Assembly (NCBI GenBank): GCA_965366365.1
Contig: CBDUEV010000003.1
Coordinates: 28,098-92,097 of the forward strand
Source of the DNA: an uncultured Acidimicrobiia bacterium
Lineage (GTDB): Bacteria > Actinomycetota > Acidimicrobiia > Spongiisociales > JAENVV01
Direction of reading: 5' to 3'
Length of the DNA stretch: 64,000 bases
Positions 39,782 to 49,636 of the stretch are shown piece after piece. The notes beneath the pieces were generated by a model. The model was not told the DNA's origin. It saw nothing but the letters and a program-made list of their open reading frames with translations, and ran no database searches. Numbering within the stretch: position 1 is the stretch's first letter; every line of letters starts with the position of its first letter. Made by a program: the position numbers and the translations under genes.

Positions 39782-42094
39782 TCAGGACAGGACCGGTGCC
39801 AGCGCCACCGCAAGCACCTCGGGAACGCTGCTGACCACGTGAAACGTGATCGCCTCACGTACCTCCGCCGGCACGTCGTCGAGATCGATCTCGTTCCTAG
39901 CCGGGACCACCACCTCGGTGATTCCGGCGCGGTACGCGGCCAGGACCTTCTGTTTCAGTCCACCGATGGGCAGGACGGCGCCCTGGAGCGTCACCTCGCC
40001 GGTCATACCGACCGTCTCCTTGACCGACTGATCGGTCAGCAGGCTGGCCAGCGCGGTCACCATGGTGATGCCTGCCGACGGCCCGTCTTTGGGGATCGCC
40101 CCAGCCGGCACATGGAGGTGGATCTTTCGATCGAAGGCCTCATCGGCGATTCCAAGACGAGCGGCATTGGCTCGCACGTAGCTGAGGGCGATCTGGGCAG
40201 ATTCCTTCATGACGTCACCGAGCTGACCGGTCAGTGTCAAGCCCGGCTCCCCGCCCATGGCGGACGCCTCGATGAACAGGACGTCTCCACCGGCTCCCGT
40301 CACCGCCAGGCCGGTGGCAACGCCCGGCACCGCGGTCCGATCGGCCACTTCGTCATGGTGGACCGTGGGCTTTCCGACCAGATCGACGAGATCCTCGGCG
40401 TCGATCTCGACAGGTCCGGCGAGCTCTCCAGTGGCGATCTTCGTCGCCACCTTCCGCGCCAATTTCCCGAGCTGTCTTTCGAGACCACGAACGCCGGCCT
40501 CCCGGGTATATCCGTCGACCAAGGCTTCCAACGCTCCCTCGGTGAGCGAGACCTCGTCCGTCGTCAGGCCGGCCGAGCGCAGCTGGCGTCGGGCCAGATG
40601 ATCCCGACCGATCGCCACCTTCTCGGCGTCCGTGTAACCGTCGATCCGGATCACCTCGGTCCTGTCGAGCAGCGGCGCCGGAATGGTGTCCAGAAGGTTG
40701 GCGGTGGCCACGAAGAGGACATCGGAGAGATCGAGGTCGTACTCGAGATAGTGGTCGCGGAAGGTGTGGTTCTGAGCAGGGTCGAGCACTTCGAGAAGGG
40801 CGGAGGAGGGATCGCCACGCCAGTCCGAGCCCACCTTGTCCATCTCATCGAGCAAGAAGACCGGATTCATGGAGCCGGCGTCGATCAGCGCCCTGGCGAT
40901 CCGTCCGGGCCGCGCTCCGACATACGTGCGTCGATGCCCGCGGATCTCGGCCTCGTCTCTCAGCCCGCCGAGAGCCACTCGCACGAAACGTCGCCCCAGC
41001 GCTCGCGCCACCGACTCGCCGAGGGAAGTCTTGCCGACTCCCGGCGGGCCGACCAGCAGGAGTATTGCGCCGGACCGGCGATCGCCTTCTGAGGATTCGA
41101 TCCCCCGCTCGGCTCTCAGTTTTCGCACCGCTAGATGCTCGATGATCCGTTCTTTGACGTCATCGAGTCCGGCGTGATCGTCGTTCAGCACCTGGCGCGA
41201 GGCGGCGAGGTCGAATGTGTCCTCGCTGAAGACGCCAAAAGGGAGCTCGAATGTGGTGTCCAGCCAGGTCCGGATCCAACCGTGCTCCGGGCTCTGCTCG
41301 TTCATCCTCTCGAGCCGATCGATCTCACGCTCGATGGCTTCGGCGACGTGCTCCGGGAAGTTCGCCTCGCCGAGGCGCTTCCGGTATTCGGCGATCACAT
41401 CGTCGCCACCCTCGTCGAGTTCCGAACGGATGGCGTCGAGTTGCTGGCGGAGCACATACTCCCGCTGGCTCTTCTCCATCCGTTCGGCGGCGTCTTCTCG
41501 AACCCGACGTCGCAGCGTGAGCTCTCCGAGGACGTCGGTCATCCAGGCCATCAGTTTCCCGAACCGTTCGTGGAGGTCGGCGGTCTCGAGAAGCTCGACT
41601 TTCTGTTCGAGTGACAGGTCGGGCGAGTAGGCCGCCAGGTCGGCCAGCTGCCCCGGGTGGTCGATGCCGAGAATCCTTTCGGCCACCTGGCCCATGCCCC
41701 GCAGCTCGAGCACCTCCGACACCGTGGCGCGGTACTCGGCCACCATCTCCTCGAGAGCGGCGTCGGTGAAGTCCATGTCGGGCAGTTCCTCGGCGTCGAC
41801 CCAGAGGGCGCCGTCTTCGCCCCGGCGACCGGCCCCCACCCGCGCTCGGGCGAGACCCCGCACCACGACACCTGCGCCGCCCGACACGTCCTGGATCTCC
41901 GCGATCGTGCCGACGCGCGCATAGGTGTCCCCGACACGGGGAACCAGCAGAATCCGGTTTTCGGTGCCGCCGGCAGCCGCCAGAGCGGTCGCACCCTCGT
42001 CCGAATCGATCGTGAGCGTCACCACCATGTGGGGGAACACGACCCCGTTTCTGAGGGGGAGAACGGGAAGGGTCAGTTTCGTGGTTTCGGGCAT
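39782..42094 (-). CDS. lon: Lon protease
   Basis: LPVLPL N-domain, GPPGVGKTS, PKDGPSAG, PIGGLKQK; AGGAG RBS. Confidence 0.97.
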   Translation of the reverse strand: MPETTKLTLPVLPLRNGVVFPHMVVTLTIDSDEGATALAAAGGTENRILLVPRVGDTYARVGTIAEIQDVSGGAGVVVRGLARARVGAGRRGEDGALWVDAEELPDMDFTDAALEEMVAEYRATVSEVLELRGMGQVAERILGIDHPGQLADLAAYSPDLSLEQKVELLETADLHERFGKLMAWMTDVLGELTLRRRVREDAAERMEKSQREYVLRQQLDAIRSELDEGGDDVIAEYRKRLGEANFPEHVAEAIEREIDRLERMNEQSPEHGWIRTWLDTTFELPFGVFSEDTFDLAASRQVLNDDHAGLDDVKERIIEHLAVRKLRAERGIESSEGDRRSGAILLLVGPPGVGKTSLGESVARALGRRFVRVALGGLRDEAEIRGHRRTYVGARPGRIARALIDAGSMNPVFLLDEMDKVGSDWRGDPSSALLEVLDPAQNHTFRDHYLEYDLDLSDVLFVATANLLDTIPAPLLDRTEVIRIDGYTDAEKVAIGRDHLARRQLRSAGLTTDEVSLTEGALEALVDGYTREAGVRGLERQLGKLARKVATKIATGELAGPVEIDAEDLVDLVGKPTVHHDEVADRTAVPGVATGLAVTGAGGDVLFIEASAMGGEPGLTLTGQLGDVMKESAQIALSYVRANAARLGIADEAFDRKIHLHVPAGAIPKDGPSAGITMVTALASLLTDQSVKETVGMTGEVTLQGAVLPIGGLKQKVLAAYRAGITEVVVPARNEIDLDDVPAEVREAITFHVVSSVPEVLAVALAPVLS

Positions 42095-42124
42095 CGTGGC
42101 CGCTCCTCATGGGAAGACGAAGGA

Positions 42125-42139
42125 ATGTAATGATGTAAT
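42125..42139. promoter_or_regulatory. Second copy of the ATGTAATGATGTAAT operator-like repeat, upstream of lon
   Basis: 15/15 identity to the reverse complement of 1059-1073. Confidence 0.6.
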
Positions 42140-42176
42140 GTCGCGGCCGGGGCTGGATATTCCTCGATCCAGGGAA

Positions 42177-42197
42177 TATGATAAGGGTCGACTCAAG
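42177..42197. promoter_or_regulatory. HAIR (HspR operator) between lon and dnaK
   Basis: TATGATA-N7-ACTCAAG versus consensus CTTGAGT-N7-ACTCAAG; right half perfect. Confidence 0.65.
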
Positions 42198-42297
42198 TTA
42201 TAACGACACGAGATACTAAGATGACACAAACCAAGTGTGAACACGGCTGCCGCCGACCCCTGGCGGCGAGCACCCATCAGAGAGGAAAGAACCCACC

Positions 42298-44151
42298 ATG
42301 GCACGAGCAGTAGGTATCGATCTCGGTACCACCAACTCAGTGATCGCCACCCTCGACGGAGGCGAACCCACCATCATCCCGAACGCCGAGGGCGGACGCA
42401 CCACCCCGTCGGTCGTAGCGTTCAAGGACAACGAGGTTCTGGTCGGGGAGATCGCCAAACGCCAGGCCATCACCAACCCCGACGGCACCGTACGTTCGGT
42501 GAAACGCCACATGGGCACCGATTGGTCCATCAAGGCTGACGGCAAGACCTTCACCGCTCAAGAGGTCTCAGCCCGCATCCTGATGAAGCTGAAGCGGGAC
42601 GCCGAAGCGTTCCTGGGCGAGGAGATCACCCAGGCGGTGATCACCGTCCCGGCCTACTTCGGGGACGCCCAACGCCAGGCAACCAAGGAAGCCGGCGCCA
42701 TCGCCGGGCTCGAGGTCCTTCGGATCATCAACGAACCGACCGCGGCATCCCTCGCCTACGGCCTCGACAAGGCCGACGAACAGACGATCCTCGTCTTCGA
42801 CCTCGGAGGCGGCACGTTCGACGTGTCGGTGCTCGAGATCGGCGAGGGCGTCTTCGAGGTGAAGGCCACCAGCGGCGACACGAGCCTGGGCGGCGACGAC
42901 TGGGATCAGGCGATCATGGACTGGCTGGTCAAGGGGTTCAAGAACGAGCACGGCGTCGATCTCTCCGAAGACCGGATGGCGATGCAGCGCCTGAAGGAAG
43001 ACGCCGAGAAGGCCAAGATCGAGCTTTCGTCTGTTCCGGAAACCGAGATCAACCTACCGTTCATCACGGCGACCTCTTCTGGGCCGCTCCACCTCCAGAA
43101 GAAGCTGTCGCGGGCCGAGTTCGAGAAGATCACCGCGCCCCTGCTCGAACGCGTTCGTCGGCCGTTCCTGTCGGCCATCAAGGACGCCGGACTCACCGTC
43201 GATCAGATCCAACAGATCGTTCTGGTGGGCGGGTCGACCCGTATGCCGGCCGTGGTGGAACTGGTCAAAGAGCTCGGAGGCAAGGACCCTCAGAAGGGGG
43301 TCAACCCCGACGAGGTCGTGGCGGCCGGAGCGGCCCTTCAGGCGGGTGTGCTCAAAGGTGACGTCAAGGACATCCTCCTCCTCGACGTGACGCCGCTCAC
43401 CCTGGGTATCGAGACCAAGGGTGGGGTCATGACCAAGATGATCGAACGCAACACGACCATCCCGACCCGACGTTCCCAGACCTACACGACGGCAGCCGAC
43501 AACCAGCCGGAGGTCGAGATTCACGTCCTCCAAGGCGAAAGGGAAATGGCGCGCGACAACAAGAGCCTCGGCAAGTTCAACCTGACCGGGATTCCGCCGG
43601 CACCGATGGGGATGCCGCAGATCGAGGTCACGTTCGACATCGACGCCAACGGGATCGTTTCCGTCAACGCCAAGGACCTCGGCACCAATCGTGAGCAGGC
43701 AATGACGATCACCGGAGGGACCGCCGTCTCGAGCGAAGAGATCGACCGGATGATCAAGGACGCAGAGGCGCATGCCGAAGAGGATCGCGCCAATCGCGAG
43801 CGGGCCGAGACGCGCAACCAAGCCGAACGGCTCGCCCACGACACCGACAAACTGTTGGTGGACCAGGCCGACAACCTCAACGACGACGAGAAGAGCGCCA
43901 TCGAGACGGCCCTGGCCGATCTCAAGGCGAGCATCGAGAAAGAGGACGCCGGTACCGACGAATTCAAGCCGAAGATCGAGGCTCTCCTGACCGCCTCGCA
44001 GGCTCTGGCCCAGCGTCTCTACGCACAGGCACAAGAGGAAGCTGCGGCCGCAGGCGGGGCAGGCGACGACGCCGAGGCGATGAACGACGATGACGATGAC
44101 GACGTCGTCGAAGCGGAGATCATCGACGATGAATCGGGTGACGAGGCGTGA
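42298..44151 (+). CDS. dnaK: Chaperone DnaK
   Basis: [28 protein letters not shown]. Confidence 0.98.
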   Translation: MARAVGIDLGTTNSVIATLDGGEPTIIPNAEGGRTTPSVVAFKDNEVLVGEIAKRQAITNPDGTVRSVKRHMGTDWSIKADGKTFTAQEVSARILMKLKRDAEAFLGEEITQAVITVPAYFGDAQRQATKEAGAIAGLEVLRIINEPTAASLAYGLDKADEQTILVFDLGGGTFDVSVLEIGEGVFEVKATSGDTSLGGDDWDQAIMDWLVKGFKNEHGVDLSEDRMAMQRLKEDAEKAKIELSSVPETEINLPFITATSSGPLHLQKKLSRAEFEKITAPLLERVRRPFLSAIKDAGLTVDQIQQIVLVGGSTRMPAVVELVKELGGKDPQKGVNPDEVVAAGAALQAGVLKGDVKDILLLDVTPLTLGIETKGGVMTKMIERNTTIPTRRSQTYTTAADNQPEVEIHVLQGEREMARDNKSLGKFNLTGIPPAPMGMPQIEVTFDIDANGIVSVNAKDLGTNREQAMTITGGTAVSSEEIDRMIKDAEAHAEEDRANRERAETRNQAERLAHDTDKLLVDQADNLNDDEKSAIETALADLKASIEKEDAGTDEFKPKIEALLTASQALAQRLYAQAQEEAAAAGGAGDDAEAMNDDDDDDVVEAEIIDDESGDEA

Positions 44152-44188
44152 GCCTCCCCACCCACCGCCAAACGCAGGTGTTGGACCA

Positions 44189-44875
44189 ATGACGGAACAC
44201 GACATCACCGGTACCGAAGCCGGCCCCGCCGAGGACGCCACGGAGTCGACCGAGCAAAGCTCGGAGCATTCCGAAACGTCCCAAGGCGGCGCCGGCGGCG
44301 AAGGTGCTGCCGAGGTGGTGACCGCCGAGTCGCTGGGAATCGAACTCCCGGATGACGCCGACACCGCCACGGCCATGCTGCTCGGAGAAGTGGCACGAGC
44401 CCGGGCGGACGCGGCCGACTACCTCGACCAGCTCCAACGAAAAGCGGCCGAGTTCGACAACTACCGGAAACGGACTCTGCGAGAAACGGCCCTCGTTCGC
44501 GAGTTGGGGGCGGAACGGCTCGTCTCCGCGCTCCTGCCGGTGCTGGACAGCTTCGACGCAGCTCTGGCGTTGCCGGCTGAGTCCGAGAACGAAAAACGCC
44601 TCCTGGCCGGGATGAGTGGTACGTACGACCAACTCGTGGACGCCTTGAGTCGAGAGGGCTTTTCGGCGGTCCCCGGAGTGGGCGCCCCCTTCGATCCCTC
44701 CGTTCACGAAGCGGTGTCGTCGCCGCCGGACGCCACCGGCGCTCTGGTGGTCGCTCACGAGCTGCGCAGGGGATACCGCCTGAAGGAGAAGCTGCTGCGG
44801 GCCGCTTTGGTCGCCCTCGGCGAAAGCACCGGCGAACCGGATCAAGATGAAAGCCAGGTCGGAAGCGAGACGTGA
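44189..44875 (+). CDS. grpE: Nucleotide exchange factor GrpE
   Basis: AEFDNYRKR, FDPSVHEAV, RRGYRL; position in operon. Confidence 0.95.
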   Translation: MTEHDITGTEAGPAEDATESTEQSSEHSETSQGGAGGEGAAEVVTAESLGIELPDDADTATAMLLGEVARARADAADYLDQLQRKAAEFDNYRKRTLRETALVRELGAERLVSALLPVLDSFDAALALPAESENEKRLLAGMSGTYDQLVDALSREGFSAVPGVGAPFDPSVHEAVSSPPDATGALVVAHELRRGYRLKEKLLRAALVALGESTGEPDQDESQVGSET

Positions 44876-45999
44876 ACAAAGACTGGATCGAGAAGGATTA
44901 CTACGCCGTACTCGGGGTCCCGGCCACCGCCAGCCGAGACGAGATCAAGCGCGCCTATCGCAAGCTCGCTCAGGCGAACCATCCTGACGCCAATCCGGAC
45001 AATCCGGCGGCGGAGGAGACGTTCAAGAACGTGTCCGAGGCCTACGGAACTCTGTCCGACGAGGAACAGCGACGCCAGTACGACGAGGTTCGCCAGATGG
45101 TGGCAGCCGGGGGTTTCTCCGGCTACGGCACCGGGCCGAGCGGCTTCGGAGGCGGCCAACGAGTCCGGGTAGAGGATCTCGGAGATCTCCTGGGGGGCTT
45201 CGGCGGCCTGGGCGATCTGTTCGGCGGCGGGCGTCGTTCATCTCCACAGGGGCCGCGCCGGGGTCAGGACCTGAGTGCCGATATTCATCTGGAATTCGAG
45301 GACGCCGTACGCGGCCTCACCACCACTCTGTCGGTGACCGGCGCCGCCAGCTGTTCTCGCTGCAAGGGGAACGGCGCCGAGCCCGGCAGCGCCGTTGAGA
45401 CCTGTCCCAGCTGTGGCGGCAGTGGCACGGTCGCCCAGAACCAGGGCCTGTTCTCTTTCGCTCAACCATGCCGCCAATGTCGAGGACGCGGCCGGATCAT
45501 TCCCCAGCCGTGTGCGAACTGCCGCGGGACGGGCTCGGAGGTCCGCAACCGCCAGATCACCGTCAAGATCCCGCCGGGCGTCAAGGATGGATCCACCATC
45601 CGACTCCGCGGCAAAGGGGGCCCGGGGCAGAACGGTGGACCCTCCGGCGACCTACTCGTGAAGGCTCACGTGGCCCCACACGCCTACTTCGGGCGCCGAG
45701 GCGACAACCTCACGGTCACGGTCCCCATCACCTTCACCGAAGCCGCTCTGGGCGGCCAGATCGATGTGCCGACCTTGAACGGCCCGGTGACGCTGAAAGT
45801 CCCCGCCGGCACGACCAACGGGAAGACGTTCCGTATTCGAGAACGCGGGGTTCCGCGTTCCAAAGGCAAACCCGGCGACCTCCTCGCCACCGTTGAGGTA
45901 GTTGTCCCGAAGAAGCTCCCGAGGGCAGCCCGCAAGCTGCTCGAGGAGTTCCGCGACCAATACGAATCCGGTAATCCGCGCGCCGAATTGGGGTTGTGA
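44872..45999 (+). CDS. dnaJ: Chaperone DnaJ
   Basis: HPD J-domain, G/F region, four CxxCxGxG motifs. Confidence 0.97.
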   Translation: MNKDWIEKDYYAVLGVPATASRDEIKRAYRKLAQANHPDANPDNPAAEETFKNVSEAYGTLSDEEQRRQYDEVRQMVAAGGFSGYGTGPSGFGGGQRVRVEDLGDLLGGFGGLGDLFGGGRRSSPQGPRRGQDLSADIHLEFEDAVRGLTTTLSVTGAASCSRCKGNGAEPGSAVETCPSCGGSGTVAQNQGLFSFAQPCRQCRGRGRIIPQPCANCRGTGSEVRNRQITVKIPPGVKDGSTIRLRGKGGPGQNGGPSGDLLVKAHVAPHAYFGRRGDNLTVTVPITFTEAALGGQIDVPTLNGPVTLKVPAGTTNGKTFRIRERGVPRSKGKPGDLLATVEVVVPKKLPRAARKLLEEFRDQYESGNPRAELGL

Positions 46000-46000
46000 C

Positions 46001-46390
46001 ATGACCAACGAAAGACACGCAGTGTTCGTCATCTCGGTGGCTGCCGAACTGGCCGGCATGCACCCGCAAACGCTGAGGATCTGGGAGCGCCGGGGGTTGG
46101 TGGAACCCTCGCGCACGCCAGGAGGAACCCGCCGCTACTCGCAAGCCGACATCGAGCGGCTGGCACTGATCCAGGAGCTCACCGAGCAAGGCCTCAATCT
46201 CGAGGGGGTCAAGCGAGTGCTGGCCATGCAGCGCAAGATCGCCAAGCTGGAGACCGAGAACGCCTCCCTGCGCGATCAGATCGTCCGCGAACGGCGCGCC
46301 GCGGCCTCCGAGATACGGGACGTCCATCGCAGCTATCGGCGCGAGATCGTCGTGCGGAACCCCCTACCCCCCGACGTCCGGCGTCGGTGA
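46001..46390 (+). CDS. hspR: Heat-shock repressor HspR (MerR family)
   Basis: VFVISVAAELAGMHPQTLR, PSRTPGGTRRYS; last gene of the dnaK operon. Confidence 0.95.
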   Translation: MTNERHAVFVISVAAELAGMHPQTLRIWERRGLVEPSRTPGGTRRYSQADIERLALIQELTEQGLNLEGVKRVLAMQRKIAKLETENASLRDQIVRERRAAASEIRDVHRSYRREIVVRNPLPPDVRRR

Positions 46391-46407
46391 GCCCGGCCCG
46401 ACAACGT

Positions 46408-46440
46408 CGAGGGGGACCAGGCATGGCCTGGTCCCCCTCG
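46408..46440. terminator. Bidirectional hairpin between hspR and mscL
   Basis: Perfect 15-bp stem CGAGGGGGACCAGGC-ATG-GCCTGGTCCCCCTCG. Confidence 0.8.
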
Positions 46441-46457
46441 GATGGTCGGACGAATCT

Positions 46458-46838
46458 CTAGCGGTTCAGGGCGTCGCGAATCTCGCGCAGCAGAACGAGG
46501 TCCTCGGGGTCTTCCTCGACCTCCTCCTCGACCGGCTTGGCGGTGCGCTCCTGATAAGCCTGGAATGGCTTGATCACGAAGAAGAACACCGCAAAGGCGA
46601 TGGAGATGAAGGTGATCACGGCGGTGAGAAACACGCCGAACAGAATCGTGCTGTCGCCGAGACCGACGGCGAACAACGAACTGAAGTCAGGCTGACCGAA
46701 CACCGCCGCCACGATCGGCATGAGGATGTTCTCGACGAGCGAGGTGATCAGCGCGCCGAGCGCAGCCGCCATCACCAAGCCGACACCGATCTCGATGAGG
46801 CCCGGTTTCATGGCGAATTCCTTGAATTCCTTGTACAT
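46458..46838 (-). CDS. mscL: Large-conductance mechanosensitive channel
   Basis: EFKEFA, SLVENILMP, VFFFVIKP, LLREIRDAL. Confidence 0.92.
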   Translation of the reverse strand: MYKEFKEFAMKPGLIEIGVGLVMAAALGALITSLVENILMPIVAAVFGQPDFSSLFAVGLGDSTILFGVFLTAVITFISIAFAVFFFVIKPFQAYQERTAKPVEEEVEEDPEDLVLLREIRDALNR

Positions 46839-47007
46839 CTGGTTCCTTCCAATAGGGGGATAGATTGAGCGGAGCCAGGCTAGCGGTTTGGCATCGACGG
46901 CGCGACCTTTCAGTGTCCCTCGCGCCACGGAAAGCGTCCGCTCTGTGATCTATCCAGGGACGCCAAGTTACTGAAGGGCACCGACCAGACTGCCGATACG
47001 GAATCGC

Positions 47008-48477
47008 ATGGACAACAGCTCCGATCTCCGAGTTCTTCTCGCTTCACCAGCGTCCCTGGTGCTCGCCGAGACGCACGAAGAGGAACGCTTCTTGGGTCTC
47101 CTACGTGACATCGCAGGAGAAGTCGGTCACGCGGTGTGGACCTGGTCGACCACCAGTGGCCTCGTCAACGCCGACGGTCAGCGAATGTATAGGACCGAGA
47201 ACCCCCACCAGGCCCTGGCATGGATTCAAGACCTGACCGCCCCGGCTGTTTTCGTGTTCGTCGACGCCCATCCGATCCTCTCGGACGCGTACGTCGTCCG
47301 CCGCATCAAGGAAACCGCCCAGAGGATCCAACCCCACCAGACTCTCGTCTTCACCGCGCCGGTCCATGAGGTGCCTCCTGAGCTGACGAGCGTGGCACAC
47401 GTCTGGAAGCTCCGCCCCCCGGATGAGGCGGAACTGGTGGATCTGGTGTGGCGCACCGCCCGGGATCTGGCTGCCCGGGGCTTCGACGTGGCGATCGACG
47501 ACGCGCAGGTTCCCCATATCGCCGGCACGCTCAAAGGCCTCAGCATCAGCCAGGCTGAGCGCCTCGTCCAGCAGGCGGCCATCTCGGACGGGGCTCTGTC
47601 CGATCGCGACATACCGCCCCTGCGCCTCGCCAAGGCCCAACTCTTCACCGCCGAGGGCATCCTCGAACTGGCGGAGGCGGACGTCGGGACCCTCGACAAG
47701 GTGGGGGGTCTGGAAGGGCTCAAGAAGTGGCTCCAGCTGCGCATGCGCGCCACCGGCCCGGCGGCCGCCCAGCTGGGTCTCCCAGCTCCGCGCGGGGTGC
47801 TTCTCACCGGTATTCCCGGATGCGGGAAGTCCTTCGTGGCCAAAACGCTGGCGCGCACCTGGGGTCAACCGTTGGTCCTCCTCGACCCAGCCCGCCTGTA
47901 CAGCAAGTACATCGGGGAAACCGAACAGCGGCTCAGCCAGGCACTGACCGCCGTGGACGCAATGGCACCGGCCGTGCTCTGGATCGATGAGATCGAGAAG
48001 GGTTTTGCGGTGTCCGGTGGTGGTTCGGATGGCGGGGTGAGCACCCGACTCCTCGGGACGTTTCTCCGCTGGATGCAAGACCGCCCCGACGGCGTGTTCG
48101 TGGTAGCGACCGCCAACGACGTCCGGTCGCTGCCGACCGAGTTCCTGCGCAAAGGCCGTTTCGACGAGATCTTCTTCGTCGATCTGCCCACGGAAGCGGC
48201 CCGCCGCCAGGTGCTCACGATCCACCTGACCAACCGGGGTCACTCTCCAGGCGAATTCGGCCTCGAGCAGTTGGTGAGGCTGACGGACGGGTTCTCGGGG
48301 GCCGAGATCGAAGCCGGGATCGTGGGCGCTCTCTATCGAGCCTTCGCGGAGGGCCAGGGCCTCTCGACCGAAAAGCTGGTCACCGAGTTCGGGGACACCG
48401 TTCCCCTCTCCCGCGCGCGGTCGGAAGACATTGCCGCGCTGCGCTCCTGGGCGCGGGACCGGGCGGTCCCCGCCTGA
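47008..48477 (+). CDS. Ycf46-like AAA+ ATPase
   Basis: ETHEEER N-domain, VGGLEGLKKWL, GIPGCGKS, WIDEIEK, RKGRFDEIFFVDLP, LRSWA. Confidence 0.88.
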   Translation: MDNSSDLRVLLASPASLVLAETHEEERFLGLLRDIAGEVGHAVWTWSTTSGLVNADGQRMYRTENPHQALAWIQDLTAPAVFVFVDAHPILSDAYVVRRIKETAQRIQPHQTLVFTAPVHEVPPELTSVAHVWKLRPPDEAELVDLVWRTARDLAARGFDVAIDDAQVPHIAGTLKGLSISQAERLVQQAAISDGALSDRDIPPLRLAKAQLFTAEGILELAEADVGTLDKVGGLEGLKKWLQLRMRATGPAAAQLGLPAPRGVLLTGIPGCGKSFVAKTLARTWGQPLVLLDPARLYSKYIGETEQRLSQALTAVDAMAPAVLWIDEIEKGFAVSGGGSDGGVSTRLLGTFLRWMQDRPDGVFVVATANDVRSLPTEFLRKGRFDEIFFVDLPTEAARRQVLTIHLTNRGHSPGEFGLEQLVRLTDGFSGAEIEAGIVGALYRAFAEGQGLSTEKLVTEFGDTVPLSRARSEDIAALRSWARDRAVPA

Positions 48478-48532
48478 CGATCAACCGCGATCATTGCACT
48501 CGCGGTGTTCACACCCACTACCCTGCATCGAC

Positions 48533-48919
48533 ATGAGACCGCGACGACCAGCCCTATCCCAGTTCGAAGAAGACGTGAAGGGCGAGGATGCCCATGTGAC
48601 GGTGACCCTCGCCTGGAATGAGGAGGCTTACTCCGGAGAATCCAACGGGTCGGCCGAACCTCACGCACGTCCCAGACTCATCGGCGAGGCGACCCTCCGC
48701 GCCGTCGAGAAGATCTCCGAAGGGAAGCTGGTTCTGGACCTCGCCGCTGTCGCCACCACCGACCTCGGCGCCTCGCGGGTCGCCATCGCCCAGGTGACCA
48801 GCAATTCGGCGCCCGGTTCCCTGGTCGGCAGCGCCGTGATCCACGAGGACAATCCATCGAAGGCGACTGCCCGTGCCGTGCTGGATGCGGTCAACCGGCA
48901 CCTCGCCCAGGCCCTCTAG
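48533..48919 (+). CDS. Hypothetical protein
   Basis: 128 aa with two similar halves (EATLRAV / RAVLDAVNR). Confidence 0.65.
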   Translation: MRPRRPALSQFEEDVKGEDAHVTVTLAWNEEAYSGESNGSAEPHARPRLIGEATLRAVEKISEGKLVLDLAAVATTDLGASRVAIAQVTSNSAPGSLVGSAVIHEDNPSKATARAVLDAVNRHLAQAL

Positions 48920-48938
48920 CCCGGCCGGCCGGCTCGCA

Positions 48939-49424
48939 CTAGAGACCGGATTCCAGATGCTCCCGCAGCGCAACACGGGCTGATCGGCGCGTTTCTGCCG
49001 CCCGCTGACGGCGGCGTTCCGCCTCAGACGTGGCCGTCAAGGAGGGGACGCCGACGGGTCGCCCTTCGGTATCCACGGCCACCATGGTCAGATGTGCCTG
49101 CGTGGTGAGTTCACCCTCGCCGCTCTGGGGATCCTCGCGGCGAACGGTCACCTCGACCTCCATCGACGACGTCCATGCCTGAGTGACGAGCGCAGTGATG
49201 GAGAGGAGATCGCCGATGTGCACGGGTGCCAAGAACGACAGCGAGTCGACGTGCGCAGTCACCACCCTGCCTCGAGCGTGACGCATCGCCGCCACCCCCG
49301 CCGCCGTATCGACCATCTTCATGATCTCGCCGCCGTGGACGAAGCCCGCCGAGTTGGCATGACCGACGTTCATGAGATTCGTCATCGTGGTCAGGCTTTC
49401 CTCCGGCGTCCTCGAATGGGTCAT
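48939..49424 (-). CDS. Acyl-CoA thioesterase (hotdog fold)
   Basis: [27 protein letters not shown]. Confidence 0.92.
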   Translation of the reverse strand: MTHSRTPEESLTTMTNLMNVGHANSAGFVHGGEIMKMVDTAAGVAAMRHARGRVVTAHVDSLSFLAPVHIGDLLSITALVTQAWTSSMEVEVTVRREDPQSGEGELTTQAHLTMVAVDTEGRPVGVPSLTATSEAERRRQRAAETRRSARVALREHLESGL

Positions 49425-49560
49425 CAACTCGCCTCCTGCTCCTGCCACGGTCGCCCAATCAGGCGAGGCCCGCCGTTCACGCGATGGGTCCGGTGAGCAT
49501 TCTATTGGGGGACGCGTCCGGCACACACAACCGGACGACGAGGTCTCTCTATCTCCCAAA

Positions 49561-49581
49561 CTTGATACGTTATGACTCAAC
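49561..49581. promoter_or_regulatory. HAIR (HspR operator) upstream of clpB
   Basis: CTTGATA-N7-ACTCAAC, 11/14 match to consensus. Confidence 0.75.
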
Positions 49582-49636
49582 TTTTATGTTGGGAAATGAT
49601 ATATACTTTGGGAGACGGATCACGAAGGACAATCGC

